Source of the DNA: Jeotgalicoccus sp.
GTDB taxonomy: Bacteria > Bacillota > Bacilli > Staphylococcales > Salinicoccaceae
Length of the DNA stretch: 48,395 nt
Direction: 5' to 3'
Assembly (NCBI GenBank): GCA_036782755.1
Contig: DAIPYL010000006.1
Span: forward strand, 1-48,395
Made by a program: the position numbers and the translations under genes. The notes under the pieces are model-generated. The model saw only the letters and a list, made by a program, of their open reading frames with translations. It was not told where the DNA came from and made no database searches. Positions within the stretch are counted from its first letter, which is position 1. Every line of letters starts with the position of its first letter. This document shows positions 28,125 through 37,727 of the stretch, piece by piece.

Positions 28125-29216
28125 CTATTTCCAGACGTCAGCTGCGATATCCGTGACGTATTTTAATTTATTCCATTGTTCTTCTTCTGTGAGCACGTTA
28201 CCTTCTTCAGTCGATGCGAAGCCGCATTGCGGGCTGAGCGCCAGCTGATCGAGCGGTACAAACTGAGCCGCTTCATCAATACGCGCTTTAATATCCTCTG
28301 CATCTTCAAGTTCACCGCTTTTAGAAGTTACAAGGCCAAGAACAATTGTTAAATCCTTACGGTTCACGTGACGGAGCGGTTCGAATCCGCCTGCACGATC
28401 GCTGTCATACTCGAGGAAGAATCCATCGATGTTTAAACGTCCGAACAGTATTTCCGCTACCGGCTCATAGCCGCCTGAAGAGATCCATGTTGAACGGAAG
28501 TTCCCGCGGCAGATGTGCATAGTAATTTTAAAGTCATCCGGACGACCATCAACTGCTTTATTTAATACTTCCAAATACTTCTCTTTTAAGTATTCAGGGT
28601 CAATTCCTTTATCGATTAACTTCTGTCTTTCTTCATCTGAACAGAAGTAGCCCCATGAAGTATCATCCAGCTGCAGATAACGGCATCCTGCATCGTAGAA
28701 TCCCTGCAGAACTTTTTTATATGCTGCCGCAAGATCGTTAAAGAACTCTTCTTCGTCAGGGTAGACGCCCTTATCAATTTCTCCTCTGAAGTGCAGCATG
28801 CTCGGACTCGGAATTGCGTATTTCGCTGTCGTTCCTCCGGCCTGCTCCTGTAGATATTTAAAGAATTCTATTTCTCTGTGTCCATCAAAATCCACTTTGC
28901 CTGTGACTTTAATAGCGCGTGATTTCGTCTGGCGTTCTTTAAATGCGATTCCGCTGCCTGTATCGGAACCTTCCACACCTTTTAATCCTTCGAGGAAATC
29001 GAAGTGCCACCATGCACGTCGGTACTCCCCGTCAGTAACTGCTTTTAATCCCGCTTCTTTTTGTTTTTGAACCGCATTTGCAATTGCTTTATCTTCTACG
29101 GCTCGAAGGTCTTCAATTGTAATATCGTTATTTTCGAATTGTCTGCGTGCTTCTTTCAGTTCTGCCGGTCTTAACAGACTCCCTACGTGGTCTGCTCTGT
29201 ATATCTCTTTAGTCAT
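28125..29216 (-). CDS. YxjG/YxjH-like single-barrel cobalamin-independent methionine synthase family protein
   Basis: RADHVGSLLRP, TDGEYRR, LQLDD, Zn ligands HICRGN / FLEYD / SPQCGFAS; lacks the MetE N-terminal barrel. Confidence 0.88.
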   Translation of the reverse strand: MTKEIYRADHVGSLLRPAELKEARRQFENNDITIEDLRAVEDKAIANAVQKQKEAGLKAVTDGEYRRAWWHFDFLEGLKGVEGSDTGSGIAFKERQTKSRAIKVTGKVDFDGHREIEFFKYLQEQAGGTTAKYAIPSPSMLHFRGEIDKGVYPDEEEFFNDLAAAYKKVLQGFYDAGCRYLQLDDTSWGYFCSDEERQKLIDKGIDPEYLKEKYLEVLNKAVDGRPDDFKITMHICRGNFRSTWISSGGYEPVAEILFGRLNIDGFFLEYDSDRAGGFEPLRHVNRKDLTIVLGLVTSKSGELEDAEDIKARIDEAAQFVPLDQLALSPQCGFASTEEGNVLTEEEQWNKLKYVTDIAADVWK

Positions 29217-29304
29217 ATGTATTTGCCACTCCATCTCTTTTTAATGATTGTTTAAATACTATCACGCCTGTAAGATATAGACTAACTGATTAAATTCATT
29301 ACTC

Positions 29305-29325
29305 GTTATAACTTTCAGCTATAAC
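29305..29325. promoter_or_regulatory. MtaR/MetR-type LysR binding site
   Basis: GTTATAACTTTCAGCTATAAC (TATAG-N7-TTATA on the minus strand), centred near -66 of a TGnTAGTAT -10 at 29256-29264. Confidence 0.7.
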
Positions 29326-29339
29326 CAAAGGAGAATCTT

Positions 29340-30254
29340 ATGACACTTCAACAGTTAAAGTATTTAATTGCCGTCGTCAACAGCGGTTCCATTAACGAAG
29401 CAGCGAAGAATTTATATATATCCCAGCCAACTTTATCGAAAGCGATTAAAGAGCTGGAACGTGAAATGGGCATTACAATTTTAAAAAGGACTTCAACAGG
29501 TATCGTCCTGAGTCCGGACGGTGCCGAGTTTCTGAGTTATGCACGCCAGATTACAGAGCAGGTAGAGCTGTTGGAAAATAAATATCTCGATATGCCGTAT
29601 CAGGAACAGCTGCTGTCGGTATCGACCCAGCACTATTCATTTTCCGTCGATGCGATGGTCAGAATGATTAAACTCCACGGCGGCGATAAATATCAGTTCT
29701 CACTGCGTGAAACACGTACATATGAAATCATCGATGATGTAAAAAACTTAAAGAGTGAAATCGGTGTGATGTATATGAACAATTTTAATGAAAAAATACT
29801 GACACAGCTGTTAAAAGAAAATCATCTGACATTTGAGCTGCTGTTTACGGCAAGACCTCATGTCTTTATCAGTAAAACAAATCCGCTCGCACAGAAAGAT
29901 AAAGTAACACTGGAAGACCTTGAACCGTATCCAAGACTGTCTTTTGACCAGGGTGAGCACAGCTCCTTCTATTTCTCCGAAGAAATACTGAGTACACTGC
30001 ACAGTCCGAAAAATATTCTGGTCAGTGACAGAGCAACGATATTCAACTGTATGATCGGGTTAAACGGCTATACGATATCAAGCGGTATATTAAGCGAGGA
30101 ATTAAACGGAACAGACATCATTCCAGTACCGCTCGATGTGAATGATGAAATTAAAGTCGGCACGGTAACGAACAACAAGGCACAACTCAGCAGAGTTGCG
30201 AAACTTTATCTTGAAGAACTCGTTAGAACAATTGAAAGTTATAATCTGCTTTAA
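29340..30254 (+). CDS. LysR regulator, MtaR-like
   Basis: GSINEAAKNLYISQPTLS, VSTQHYSF, LRET.T.EII.DV, F.QG....FYFSEE, V.DRAT.FN. Confidence 0.88.
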   Translation: MTLQQLKYLIAVVNSGSINEAAKNLYISQPTLSKAIKELEREMGITILKRTSTGIVLSPDGAEFLSYARQITEQVELLENKYLDMPYQEQLLSVSTQHYSFSVDAMVRMIKLHGGDKYQFSLRETRTYEIIDDVKNLKSEIGVMYMNNFNEKILTQLLKENHLTFELLFTARPHVFISKTNPLAQKDKVTLEDLEPYPRLSFDQGEHSSFYFSEEILSTLHSPKNILVSDRATIFNCMIGLNGYTISSGILSEELNGTDIIPVPLDVNDEIKVGTVTNNKAQLSRVAKLYLEELVRTIESYNLL

Positions 30255-30315
30255 GTGTTAAAAACTTTCTAACGGGTATAGTATTATTAATGAAAAATTA
30301 CGGAGGTGTTCTTAC

Positions 30316-30600
30316 ATGGATATTAAGCATGGAACAAACAAGTTTTATTTCGGAGATGATGCGCAGAACCCGGATGGGGAATTAACGTATCTTCCCGATA
30401 AAAAAAATAAACTTGTTATAGATAGCGTCGTAGTAAAAGAAGAACTCCGCGGAGAAGGATACGGCGACGTGCTGCTCGATGCAGCGGCCGACTATGCCCG
30501 CGAAAACGATTTGAGATTAATCGGAAGGTGCCCGTTCGTAGCCAAACGTTTTGATGAATATAACGATAAGTATAAGGATGTTATTTTCAGAGAAGCATAA
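30316..30600 (+). CDS. Small GNAT acetyltransferase (YjdJ-like)
   Basis: V..ELRGEGYG..L, CPF motif; RBS GGAGG. Confidence 0.8.
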   Translation: MDIKHGTNKFYFGDDAQNPDGELTYLPDKKNKLVIDSVVVKEELRGEGYGDVLLDAAADYARENDLRLIGRCPFVAKRFDEYNDKYKDVIFREA

Positions 30601-30642
30601 AAAATATCCCTTTAAGACTGCACAAGTCTTAAAGGGATATTT
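30601..30642. terminator. Bidirectional terminator
   Basis: AAATATCCCTTTAAGACT / AGTCTTAAAGGGATATTT. Confidence 0.8.
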
Positions 30643-31512
30643 CTATTCGTCGAGCAGCGGTTCCGGATGTACATAGAGGGACATAATCCCTTTATCATGC
30701 ATGTGTTCTTCAACCCGGTCACATATATAGTGGGCTTCTGTAATCGAAATGCCCGGATTTACAATAATTGTTACATCTAAAAAGATACTGCTGCCGTGAT
30801 AGCGGCCTTTAATGGATTTAACATCCAGTACGCCGTCGACTTCAAGCACATCTTCTTTATGATCTATTAAGTCAGCATCATTATAACCGTCGCTCAATGC
30901 GAAGACCGCGTCTTTTAATATTTTAAAGCCGGTATATATAATCAGCACGCCAAGTATCGACGCAATGATAACGTCCGCAATCGGCAGGCCGAGCTGCGTC
31001 AGCACGAGTCCTGCCGCTGTGCCGAGACTGATTATACTGTCTGACAGATTGTCCATAGCTGCGGATTTAAGCGAGCTGCTGTTCGTTTTCCGTGATAATT
31101 TTGCGTTAATCAGATATACCGTGAACATCACAAGCCCCCCGGCAATACTTATATAAATCACGATTGGATTTGGTGTCGAGACGACGGGCGAAAAGATTGC
31201 CGGTATGTTTTTTATCAGCACCTGGACTCCGACAAAGATAATGATAAAAGATACGAGCAGCGAAGCAATGTTTTCGGATTTTAAATGCCCGTACGGATGG
31301 TTGGCATCCGGCGGCCTGATGGAAATCTTCAGACCGATCAGTACCGCAACAGAGGCAAATATATCCGTCATATTATTTAATGCATCGGCACGTACTGCCG
31401 CTGATTCGTACTGCATACCGAAATAATATTTCACTATAGATAAAATGATATACGTAACGATACTTAAGTAAGCGCCCCGCTGGGCAAGTTTTAAATTATT
31501 TATATTACCCAT
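30643..31512 (-). CDS. Cation diffusion facilitator, MntE/FieF-like
   Basis: ADALNNMTD, PPDANHPYGH.K.E, DNLSD, HPEP; N/D-D/D transport site suggests the Mn/Fe clade. Confidence 0.87.
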   Translation of the reverse strand: MGNINNLKLAQRGAYLSIVTYIILSIVKYYFGMQYESAAVRADALNNMTDIFASVAVLIGLKISIRPPDANHPYGHLKSENIASLLVSFIIIFVGVQVLIKNIPAIFSPVVSTPNPIVIYISIAGGLVMFTVYLINAKLSRKTNSSSLKSAAMDNLSDSIISLGTAAGLVLTQLGLPIADVIIASILGVLIIYTGFKILKDAVFALSDGYNDADLIDHKEDVLEVDGVLDVKSIKGRYHGSSIFLDVTIIVNPGISITEAHYICDRVEEHMHDKGIMSLYVHPEPLLDE

Positions 31513-31684
31513 AATGACAGCTCCTAAAAGTAAGTGGAGATTAATTATGCACTGTAATCACATTATTTTCAACAGCTTTTGACTCTTTCAGCAAACTTTC
31601 TATTGTATGAAATAAATTTTTAGATTAGCCTAAATTTTATCTTGCAGTACCCTTTATTTTCCCATAAAAATGACACTCCTTTAA

Positions 31685-32527
31685 TTAAGGAGTGTCATTT
31701 TGCTGTTTGCCGAAAATATAGCTGATAAATAAACCGGCTATAAAGACAATAATAGATACTATCCAGCTTGCAGCACTGACGGGCAGGCCTGGATAAATAG
31801 CAAATGTCGAGCCGAATAGTAAGCCGATAATTGCTGCATAAGTCAGGTAAGTATAGTTTTTAAGCAGGTGCGAAATGATTCTGCTCGCAACCAGCACACC
31901 TGTCACAATGCCGAGACCTGTAGAAATTAGTATTGGTAATACTTCGAAATTAAGGGATGTAAATTCATTAATTGCATAAATTACTACCGGATAAACTCCG
32001 AGAATTAGCATCACAAGCGAACCGGAAATACCCGGAAGCAGCATCATTGAGGCTGCCAGGACACCTGTCACAAAGTACTTAATCAAATCACCTGCACCCA
32101 TACCCGCACTACTTGCCGGCGGCGCATCAGCGTTAAACATAGACATGGCATACAGTATTGCAATACCGATAAGTATCAATATAAAATGTATTGCTCTGAA
32201 TTCTGCTTTAACATTTGAAATTCTTATCATCATCGGTATAACACCGAGCACCATTCCCATAAAGAACCAGTGCGTCGGAATCGTGTGGTTTTGTAAAAAG
32301 TAATCGAGAACTGAAGACATCGTTAATATTGCAATAGCCATCCCAATTACCAATGGCAGTAGGAATGCGAGTGCCTGCTTATAGTATTTTGATAATATCC
32401 GGCTGATTGCGCCAAGAAACTGATCGTAAATTCCTAACAATAGCGCCATCGTACCGCTGCTGACGCCGGGTACTAATTCAACAATTCCCATTAAAAAGCC
32501 TTTCGGCAAATTTTTCCAATTAAACAT
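31685..32527 (-). CDS. DUF368 protein (undecaprenyl-phosphate translocase family)
   Basis: MG..ELVPGVSSGTMA..LGIY and ..LPGISGS..MLILG.Y. Confidence 0.88.
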   Translation of the reverse strand: MFNWKNLPKGFLMGIVELVPGVSSGTMALLLGIYDQFLGAISRILSKYYKQALAFLLPLVIGMAIAILTMSSVLDYFLQNHTIPTHWFFMGMVLGVIPMMIRISNVKAEFRAIHFILILIGIAILYAMSMFNADAPPASSAGMGAGDLIKYFVTGVLAASMMLLPGISGSLVMLILGVYPVVIYAINEFTSLNFEVLPILISTGLGIVTGVLVASRIISHLLKNYTYLTYAAIIGLLFGSTFAIYPGLPVSAASWIVSIIVFIAGLFISYIFGKQQNDTP

Positions 32528-32575
32528 ATATTCATTTTCCTTCTTTGTAATTTACTCTGTATATTTTATCACATT

Positions 32576-33400
32576 TTACCAGCTGTCAATAATCATATAT
32601 ATGCCGAGTAAGAGAAGAACCATCCTCAATATAAAGACAACAGTATTTGAATCGAGTTTTCTATTCAGTTTAACACCGAACTTCGCTCCTAAGTATGCGG
32701 CCGGAATCAGTGTCAGTGCGTACAGAAAATGAATATTTCCCTGAATCAGATGGCCTGTTGCAGATGAGATACTGCCAAACAATACTAAAAACATACTCGT
32801 ACCGACCGCGATTGACGGCGGCATTAAAAATAAAATAATCATCATCGGTGTCATTAAGGCACCGCCTCCGACGCCGAACAATCCTGCAGCAAAACCTGCA
32901 AGTAAACTCCCGAGTACTCCTATGTAAGGCGGGAAACCGTAGTAATGTACTTTTCCTGTCCCGTCAGTATGGGGTCTGATATATTTTTCATTCTGAAATA
33001 TTTTAAAAGGTTTAATTTTATCGCGCGCAAGCAGTATAAAACTGACCAGAATAATAAAAAGACCGAAATACAGCTTCAAACTGTCCACTGTAAACAGACT
33101 GCTTGTATATGAACCAAGCATTGCTCCGGGAATAATACCGAACAACAGATACTTTCCGTTCTTCCAGTCGACTTGTTTATTTTTATTATATGAAATAACA
33201 GACGATAAGCCGATAAATACAAGCACAAGACTCGAAGTACCGACAGCAATTTGCGGCGTAATGTCCTCCAGCAGACCAAGTTCTGCTCCTAAAAATATAA
33301 GAACGGGAACGATGACTATACCGCCGCCGAGCCCGATCAGTGAGCCGACTATTGCTGCAATCGTACCGGTTACTGCAAGCAGTATGAATTCCATAGCCAT
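32576..33400 (-). CDS. TauE/SafE family exporter (YunE-like)
   Basis: GLGGG...VP and GVGGG...TP repeats, AVGTS twice. Confidence 0.87.
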   Translation of the reverse strand: MAMEFILLAVTGTIAAIVGSLIGLGGGIVIVPVLIFLGAELGLLEDITPQIAVGTSSLVLVFIGLSSVISYNKNKQVDWKNGKYLLFGIIPGAMLGSYTSSLFTVDSLKLYFGLFIILVSFILLARDKIKPFKIFQNEKYIRPHTDGTGKVHYYGFPPYIGVLGSLLAGFAAGLFGVGGGALMTPMMIILFLMPPSIAVGTSMFLVLFGSISSATGHLIQGNIHFLYALTLIPAAYLGAKFGVKLNRKLDSNTVVFILRMVLLLLGIYMIIDSW

Positions 33401-33415
33401 CCTCTCCCTTTTAAA

Positions 33416-34003
33416 TTATTTTACCGCTGATGCAATAAACACTGAAGCATCTTTGTTCATAAATATATTTTCACCGCGATAAAACGTCTTGATATCTGCA
33501 GTTTTAAAACCTGCATCGATTAAGGCCGAGTGCATTTCATCGTGTGTGAATCCATTGTGTACTTTCTCATGATATACTGTTTCGTTCTTATCAAAATCAG
33601 CAATAATCAGCTGACCTGATTCACTTAATAATGTGTACAGTTTTTTAATCAGTTCTTTGTATTCAGGAACATGAATCATCACAAGCGATACGATTATTAC
33701 ATCGGCTTCACTTTCATTCAGTTCATCTGCTGCTCTCGTTTCAGCATTTTTGATGCCGCCTGATTTAATCTTTTCATCGACAGCTACCATCATACCTTCC
33801 GAAATATCGCTGAATATTATGTGTTTAAAATTATCTTTAAACTGCAGGCCGACAAGTCCTGTGCCAGAGCCGTAGTCTAATAATATTTTATTGGAATCCG
33901 CAGGCAGATAGTTCTTTATCCCTGCTGCAATTGTATTTGCCAATTCTATTCTCTGTTTGTTGTCATATCTGTGTGCCATTCTGTTAAATATATTCTCTGC
34001 CAT
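33416..34003 (-). CDS. Class I SAM-dependent methyltransferase
   Basis: LLDYGSGTG, DIS..M, IADF. Confidence 0.87.
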   Translation of the reverse strand: MAENIFNRMAHRYDNKQRIELANTIAAGIKNYLPADSNKILLDYGSGTGLVGLQFKDNFKHIIFSDISEGMMVAVDEKIKSGGIKNAETRAADELNESEADVIIVSLVMIHVPEYKELIKKLYTLLSESGQLIIADFDKNETVYHEKVHNGFTHDEMHSALIDAGFKTADIKTFYRGENIFMNKDASVFIASAVK

Positions 34004-34011
34004 ATAATCTC

Positions 34012-34869
34012 CTAGCTCTTATTTATTATGTTCTCCATTGTACTATTTACGCTGCCGAGATACATCATTCCGAACTTCACAAGATGAACAAGCAGCAGAT
34101 ACAATTTGTAAAACTCTATACGGAGCTGAGCACCTGCCGCCAGCGGATAGGCGTTATCATACGCTTCATAAAAATCACTGCCGAAGCCTCCAAATACCTG
34201 CGTTGCCCCGAGGTCGAACTCCCGGTCTCCGTAAAGCGGCGACGGATCAAACAGCGCCGGTTTGCCATCATCAAGAAACATGTAGTTACCGGACCATAAA
34301 TCACCGTGCAGCAGTGACGGTTCACTTTTATGATTCTGCAGTTCCTCTTTAATTATTTCGAGCACTTCGAGAAACTTTTCATTGTACTCTTCACTCCATA
34401 AATTCTGCTGAGTAATTTCTTCGTGCAGATGAGAGAGACGCTGATCTATGAACAATTCACTCCACGAATCAAACCAGCCGTTGCCGAATGTAATATCGCT
34501 GCCTTCATACGGTAAATGATAACCGAACCTGCCATCCTGCTGCTGTGTCAGATGAAGTTTCGCCACCAGTTCCCCCAAATCCTCCTGACTCCCCCGACCT
34601 TCTTCCAGGAAGTCCAGCAGCAGATAGGCGTCTCCTGAAATCTGACCGTAACTTTTAACACGGGGTGCAGTTATACCTGCCTGTTCAAAATCTTTTAACC
34701 CTGCGATTTCAGCAGCATAGAAATCCTCATTTCGTCCCGGCTGCACCAGCAGAAAATATAGTCCATTATCCGTTTCTATACGGTATGCATCATTCACATC
34801 CCCGCCGCTTACAGGCACTATATTATTGATATTTTTAATTGGTAACTGAGCTGACCATTGCTCATTCAT
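34012..34869 (-). CDS. Fructosamine kinase family protein
   Basis: VSGGDVN, LLHGDLWSGN, FDP...YGDREFDL, FGGF; start 34869 after AAGGAG. Confidence 0.9.
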   Translation of the reverse strand: MNEQWSAQLPIKNINNIVPVSGGDVNDAYRIETDNGLYFLLVQPGRNEDFYAAEIAGLKDFEQAGITAPRVKSYGQISGDAYLLLDFLEEGRGSQEDLGELVAKLHLTQQQDGRFGYHLPYEGSDITFGNGWFDSWSELFIDQRLSHLHEEITQQNLWSEEYNEKFLEVLEIIKEELQNHKSEPSLLHGDLWSGNYMFLDDGKPALFDPSPLYGDREFDLGATQVFGGFGSDFYEAYDNAYPLAAGAQLRIEFYKLYLLLVHLVKFGMMYLGSVNSTMENIINKS

Positions 34870-35034
34870 TGGCCATTCTCCTTCCTTAAACTTTATACTT
34901 CTCTGTATTTCCTTTAAAATGTATATGAAACACATCAGCAGGAGAGATCCACTCTAAGCTATGCTCCAAAAGGTTTGTAACGCATACAGTTATTATGTAA
35001 CGCTGTGCGTTATATTAAAGAAAGGATATTATTT

Positions 35035-35517
35035 ATGAAACGAGTTACACTTGCCGTTATTATTATCGCTGCTGCTGCATTCGGCTTGATTTACGCAGAC
35101 AGCAAAACTGATGACGGTTTAATGGAAGAACTCAGAATACTGATTACCCCTGATCCAATGGAAAATAATACGTATGATGAAGGTGAATGTACGTACTATG
35201 TCTTCGATAAAGTTCAACAGGACGGCATGATGATTGAACGTTCATGGAGTAATGCAGAGTATTGGGCAGATCGCGCTGAAGAAGACGGTTATGTTGTAAA
35301 TGATGTCCCTGAGACAGGTGCGTTAATGCAGACCGGCCGCGGTGAAATCGGTCATGTTGCGTATATCGAATCCGTAAATGATGACGGTTCATTTAATATT
35401 ACGGAGATGAATTTTCTCGAACCTTATGAAGTAACAGAGCGGACAATTGACAAGGAGAATACCGGTGCTTATCAATATATTCACCCCAAGGTAAATAAAC
35501 ATGCCGACAGAGAGTGA
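35035..35517 (+). CDS. CHAP-domain protein (SsaA-like) with N-terminal signal/anchor
   Basis: NTY..GECTYYV, W.NA..W, GHVAYIE, EMN, YIH. Confidence 0.88.
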   Translation: MKRVTLAVIIIAAAAFGLIYADSKTDDGLMEELRILITPDPMENNTYDEGECTYYVFDKVQQDGMMIERSWSNAEYWADRAEEDGYVVNDVPETGALMQTGRGEIGHVAYIESVNDDGSFNITEMNFLEPYEVTERTIDKENTGAYQYIHPKVNKHADRE

Positions 35518-35589
35518 AATCATTTCACTATTTCGATTTCTCACTATATAATGTAGTTGTAAAATACAATTACAAAAGGAGTGTTTCAT

Positions 35590-36357
35590 TTGGCTAAATT
35601 GGAAAATAAAATTGCTGTAGTTACAGGTGCTGCATCAGGTATGGGCAAAGCTATTGCGAAGTTATATGCACAGGAAGGCGCGAAAGTCGTTGTTGCAGAT
35701 TACAACTTCGAAGGCGCAGAAGCAGTTGTTAAAGAGATCACTGAAGCAAACGGTCAGGCAATTTCTATGAGTGTGAACGTAGCTGACGGTGATGCAGTCA
35801 ATAAAATGATTGAAGATACTGTAAGCGAATACGGCAGCCTCGATATCCTTGTAAATAATGCGGGCGTTATGGATAACTTCGAACCTGTCGGAGAAATTAA
35901 AGATGAAGACTGGGATCGTATTTTCGATATCAATACTAAAGGTGTTATGCGGGCGATGCGTAAAGCTGTAAACTACTGGATTGATAACGATAAATCAGGT
36001 GTTATCGTTAATACTATCTCAACAGGCGGAATCAGCGGTGCTCATGCCGGTGCTACTTATGGTGCTTCAAAACATGCCGTAGTCGGTCTGACTAAAAACA
36101 CTGCATATATGTATGCTAAGAAAAATATTAGAGTAAACGGCATTGCGCCAGGCGCAGTTGCAACTAATATTTCTTCAAGTATTACAAACCCTAGCAAACT
36201 TGGAACCGAACGTCTGCAAGCTGTACAAGGTATTATCCCTAAAGTCGGAGAGCCGGAAGAAATCGCTGAAGCCGCTCTATTTTTAGCTTCTGAAGATTCA
36301 AGCTTCATTAATGGTGTTGTTCTTCCTGTCGACGGCGGATGGACTTCTCCTTTCTAA
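35590..36357 (+). CDS. Classical SDR oxidoreductase
   Basis: TGAASGMG, NNAG, YGASK, VDGG; TTG start after AAGGAG. Confidence 0.92.
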   Translation: MAKLENKIAVVTGAASGMGKAIAKLYAQEGAKVVVADYNFEGAEAVVKEITEANGQAISMSVNVADGDAVNKMIEDTVSEYGSLDILVNNAGVMDNFEPVGEIKDEDWDRIFDINTKGVMRAMRKAVNYWIDNDKSGVIVNTISTGGISGAHAGATYGASKHAVVGLTKNTAYMYAKKNIRVNGIAPGAVATNISSSITNPSKLGTERLQAVQGIIPKVGEPEEIAEAALFLASEDSSFINGVVLPVDGGWTSPF

Positions 36358-36401
36358 TATTATTATGACTAATAAAAGACAGTGCCTGTGCACTGTCTTC
36401 T

Positions 36402-36773
36402 TTAATTCTTCAAAACTGTTGAATTCTGCAGGTACTCCACTTCATATTTATCTGCTAAAGACTTAATGGAACGCAGCATCTTTTCCCGGGAAACCCCTCC
36501 TTCTTTATATTCTTTTTTCAATTCAAGATATTTTTCTTTTTCCCCAGTGGTACACACCTTTTTAAAGTAACCCCACATATGATCAAATGTATTGATGACC
36601 GCCCCTGCTTCAGGTGTATTACTCAATCCCTCACTGATAAGCTCCTTTAGTTCGGATAATGATATATCTCTTTTTAACTTTTCTCTGATTAAATCATAAT
36701 GTTTTTGCGAATGCATCATCACATTATACTTTTCTTTGGCCCATTCTTTTTCTATTACTGCACGTTCTTTCAT
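36402..36773 (-). CDS. YbgA/DUF1722 family protein
   Basis: WA.EKY.VM.HS, N..DHMWGYFK, Y...YL..S. Confidence 0.8.
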   Translation of the reverse strand: MKERAVIEKEWAKEKYNVMMHSQKHYDLIREKLKRDISLSELKELISEGLSNTPEAGAVINTFDHMWGYFKKVCTTGEKEKYLELKKEYKEGGVSREKMLRSIKSLADKYEVEYLQNSTVLKN

Positions 36774-36834
36774 TTATGAACACCCCTTTTCGGTCACATT
36801 CATTATTTTCTTTTACCCTGATATACATACTTTA

Positions 36835-36890
36835 TTGACATTCGGATATTATTGGCATAAACTTTCAGAGTGATAATGATTCTCAATACT
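36835..36890 (+). promoter_or_regulatory. Sigma-A promoter and Fur box of the fhu operon
   Basis: TTGACA(36835)-17-TAAACT(36858), then TGATAATGATTCTCA at 36871-36885. Confidence 0.85.
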
Positions 36891-36923
36891 CTTGAAGAAT
36901 CATCTATATGAGAGGTGACTGTG

Positions 36924-37727
36924 TTGAACGCACTTGAAATAAATAATATAGCGGTTGGCTACCACAACCGTTCGGTAATAAATGACTTAAGTGTTACGAT
37001 TCCCAAAAATAAAATAACGACAATTATCGGACCGAACGGCTGCGGAAAGTCTACGCTGATAAAAACGGTTTCCCGTATATTAAAAGCTGAGAAAGGTACG
37101 ATTTTACTCGATGGTAAAGCGATTAATACTCTGGACACTAGAGAGATCGCCAAGCAGATGGCGATTTTGCCGCAAACTGCAGAATCTCCGGGCGGGCTCA
37201 CCGTTTTTGAACTTGTTTCATACGGTCGTTTTCCATACAGAAAAGCACTCGGTTCTCTAAGTAAAGAAGATTATAATTATATTAACTGGGCGATTGAAGT
37301 AACAGGCCTTGCAGATTTCTCAGATCGTGAAATCAGTGATATGTCAGGCGGCCAGCGCCAGCGTGTCTGGATTGCTATGTCTCTTGCACAAGGCACGGAA
37401 ACACTCGTGCTCGATGAGCCGACTACTTATTTGGACCTCGCTCACCAGCTCGACATTCTGCTTCTCTTGAAGAAATTGAATATTGAAGAACACCGCACCA
37501 TTATTATGGTTCTGCATGACCTGAATCACGCTTCAAGATTTTCTGATTATATGATAGCAATGAAGGATGGAAATCTTATTACAAAAGGCAATCCTGAAGA
37601 AGTAATGACACATGACAATTTAAGAACATTGTTTAATATCGAAGCCGACATTCAGAAGTGTCCTTACAGCGGTCACCCGATTTTCACTTCTTATCATTTA
37701 AGCAGTCAGGACAAAGATTATGAGTAA
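36924..37727 (+). CDS. fhuC: Iron-siderophore ABC transporter ATPase
   Basis: GPNGCGKST, GRFPY, MSGGQRQRVWIAM, DEPTTYLD, LHDLN; start uncertain (36915/36921/36924). Confidence 0.88.
   Translation: MNALEINNIAVGYHNRSVINDLSVTIPKNKITTIIGPNGCGKSTLIKTVSRILKAEKGTILLDGKAINTLDTREIAKQMAILPQTAESPGGLTVFELVSYGRFPYRKALGSLSKEDYNYINWAIEVTGLADFSDREISDMSGGQRQRVWIAMSLAQGTETLVLDEPTTYLDLAHQLDILLLLKKLNIEEHRTIIMVLHDLNHASRFSDYMIAMKDGNLITKGNPEEVMTHDNLRTLFNIEADIQKCPYSGHPIFTSYHLSSQDKDYE

Noticed and set aside
34976..35003. TGTAACGC direct repeat before the CHAP gene as a WalR box
   Set aside because: The period is 20 bp, not the 11 bp WalR requires.
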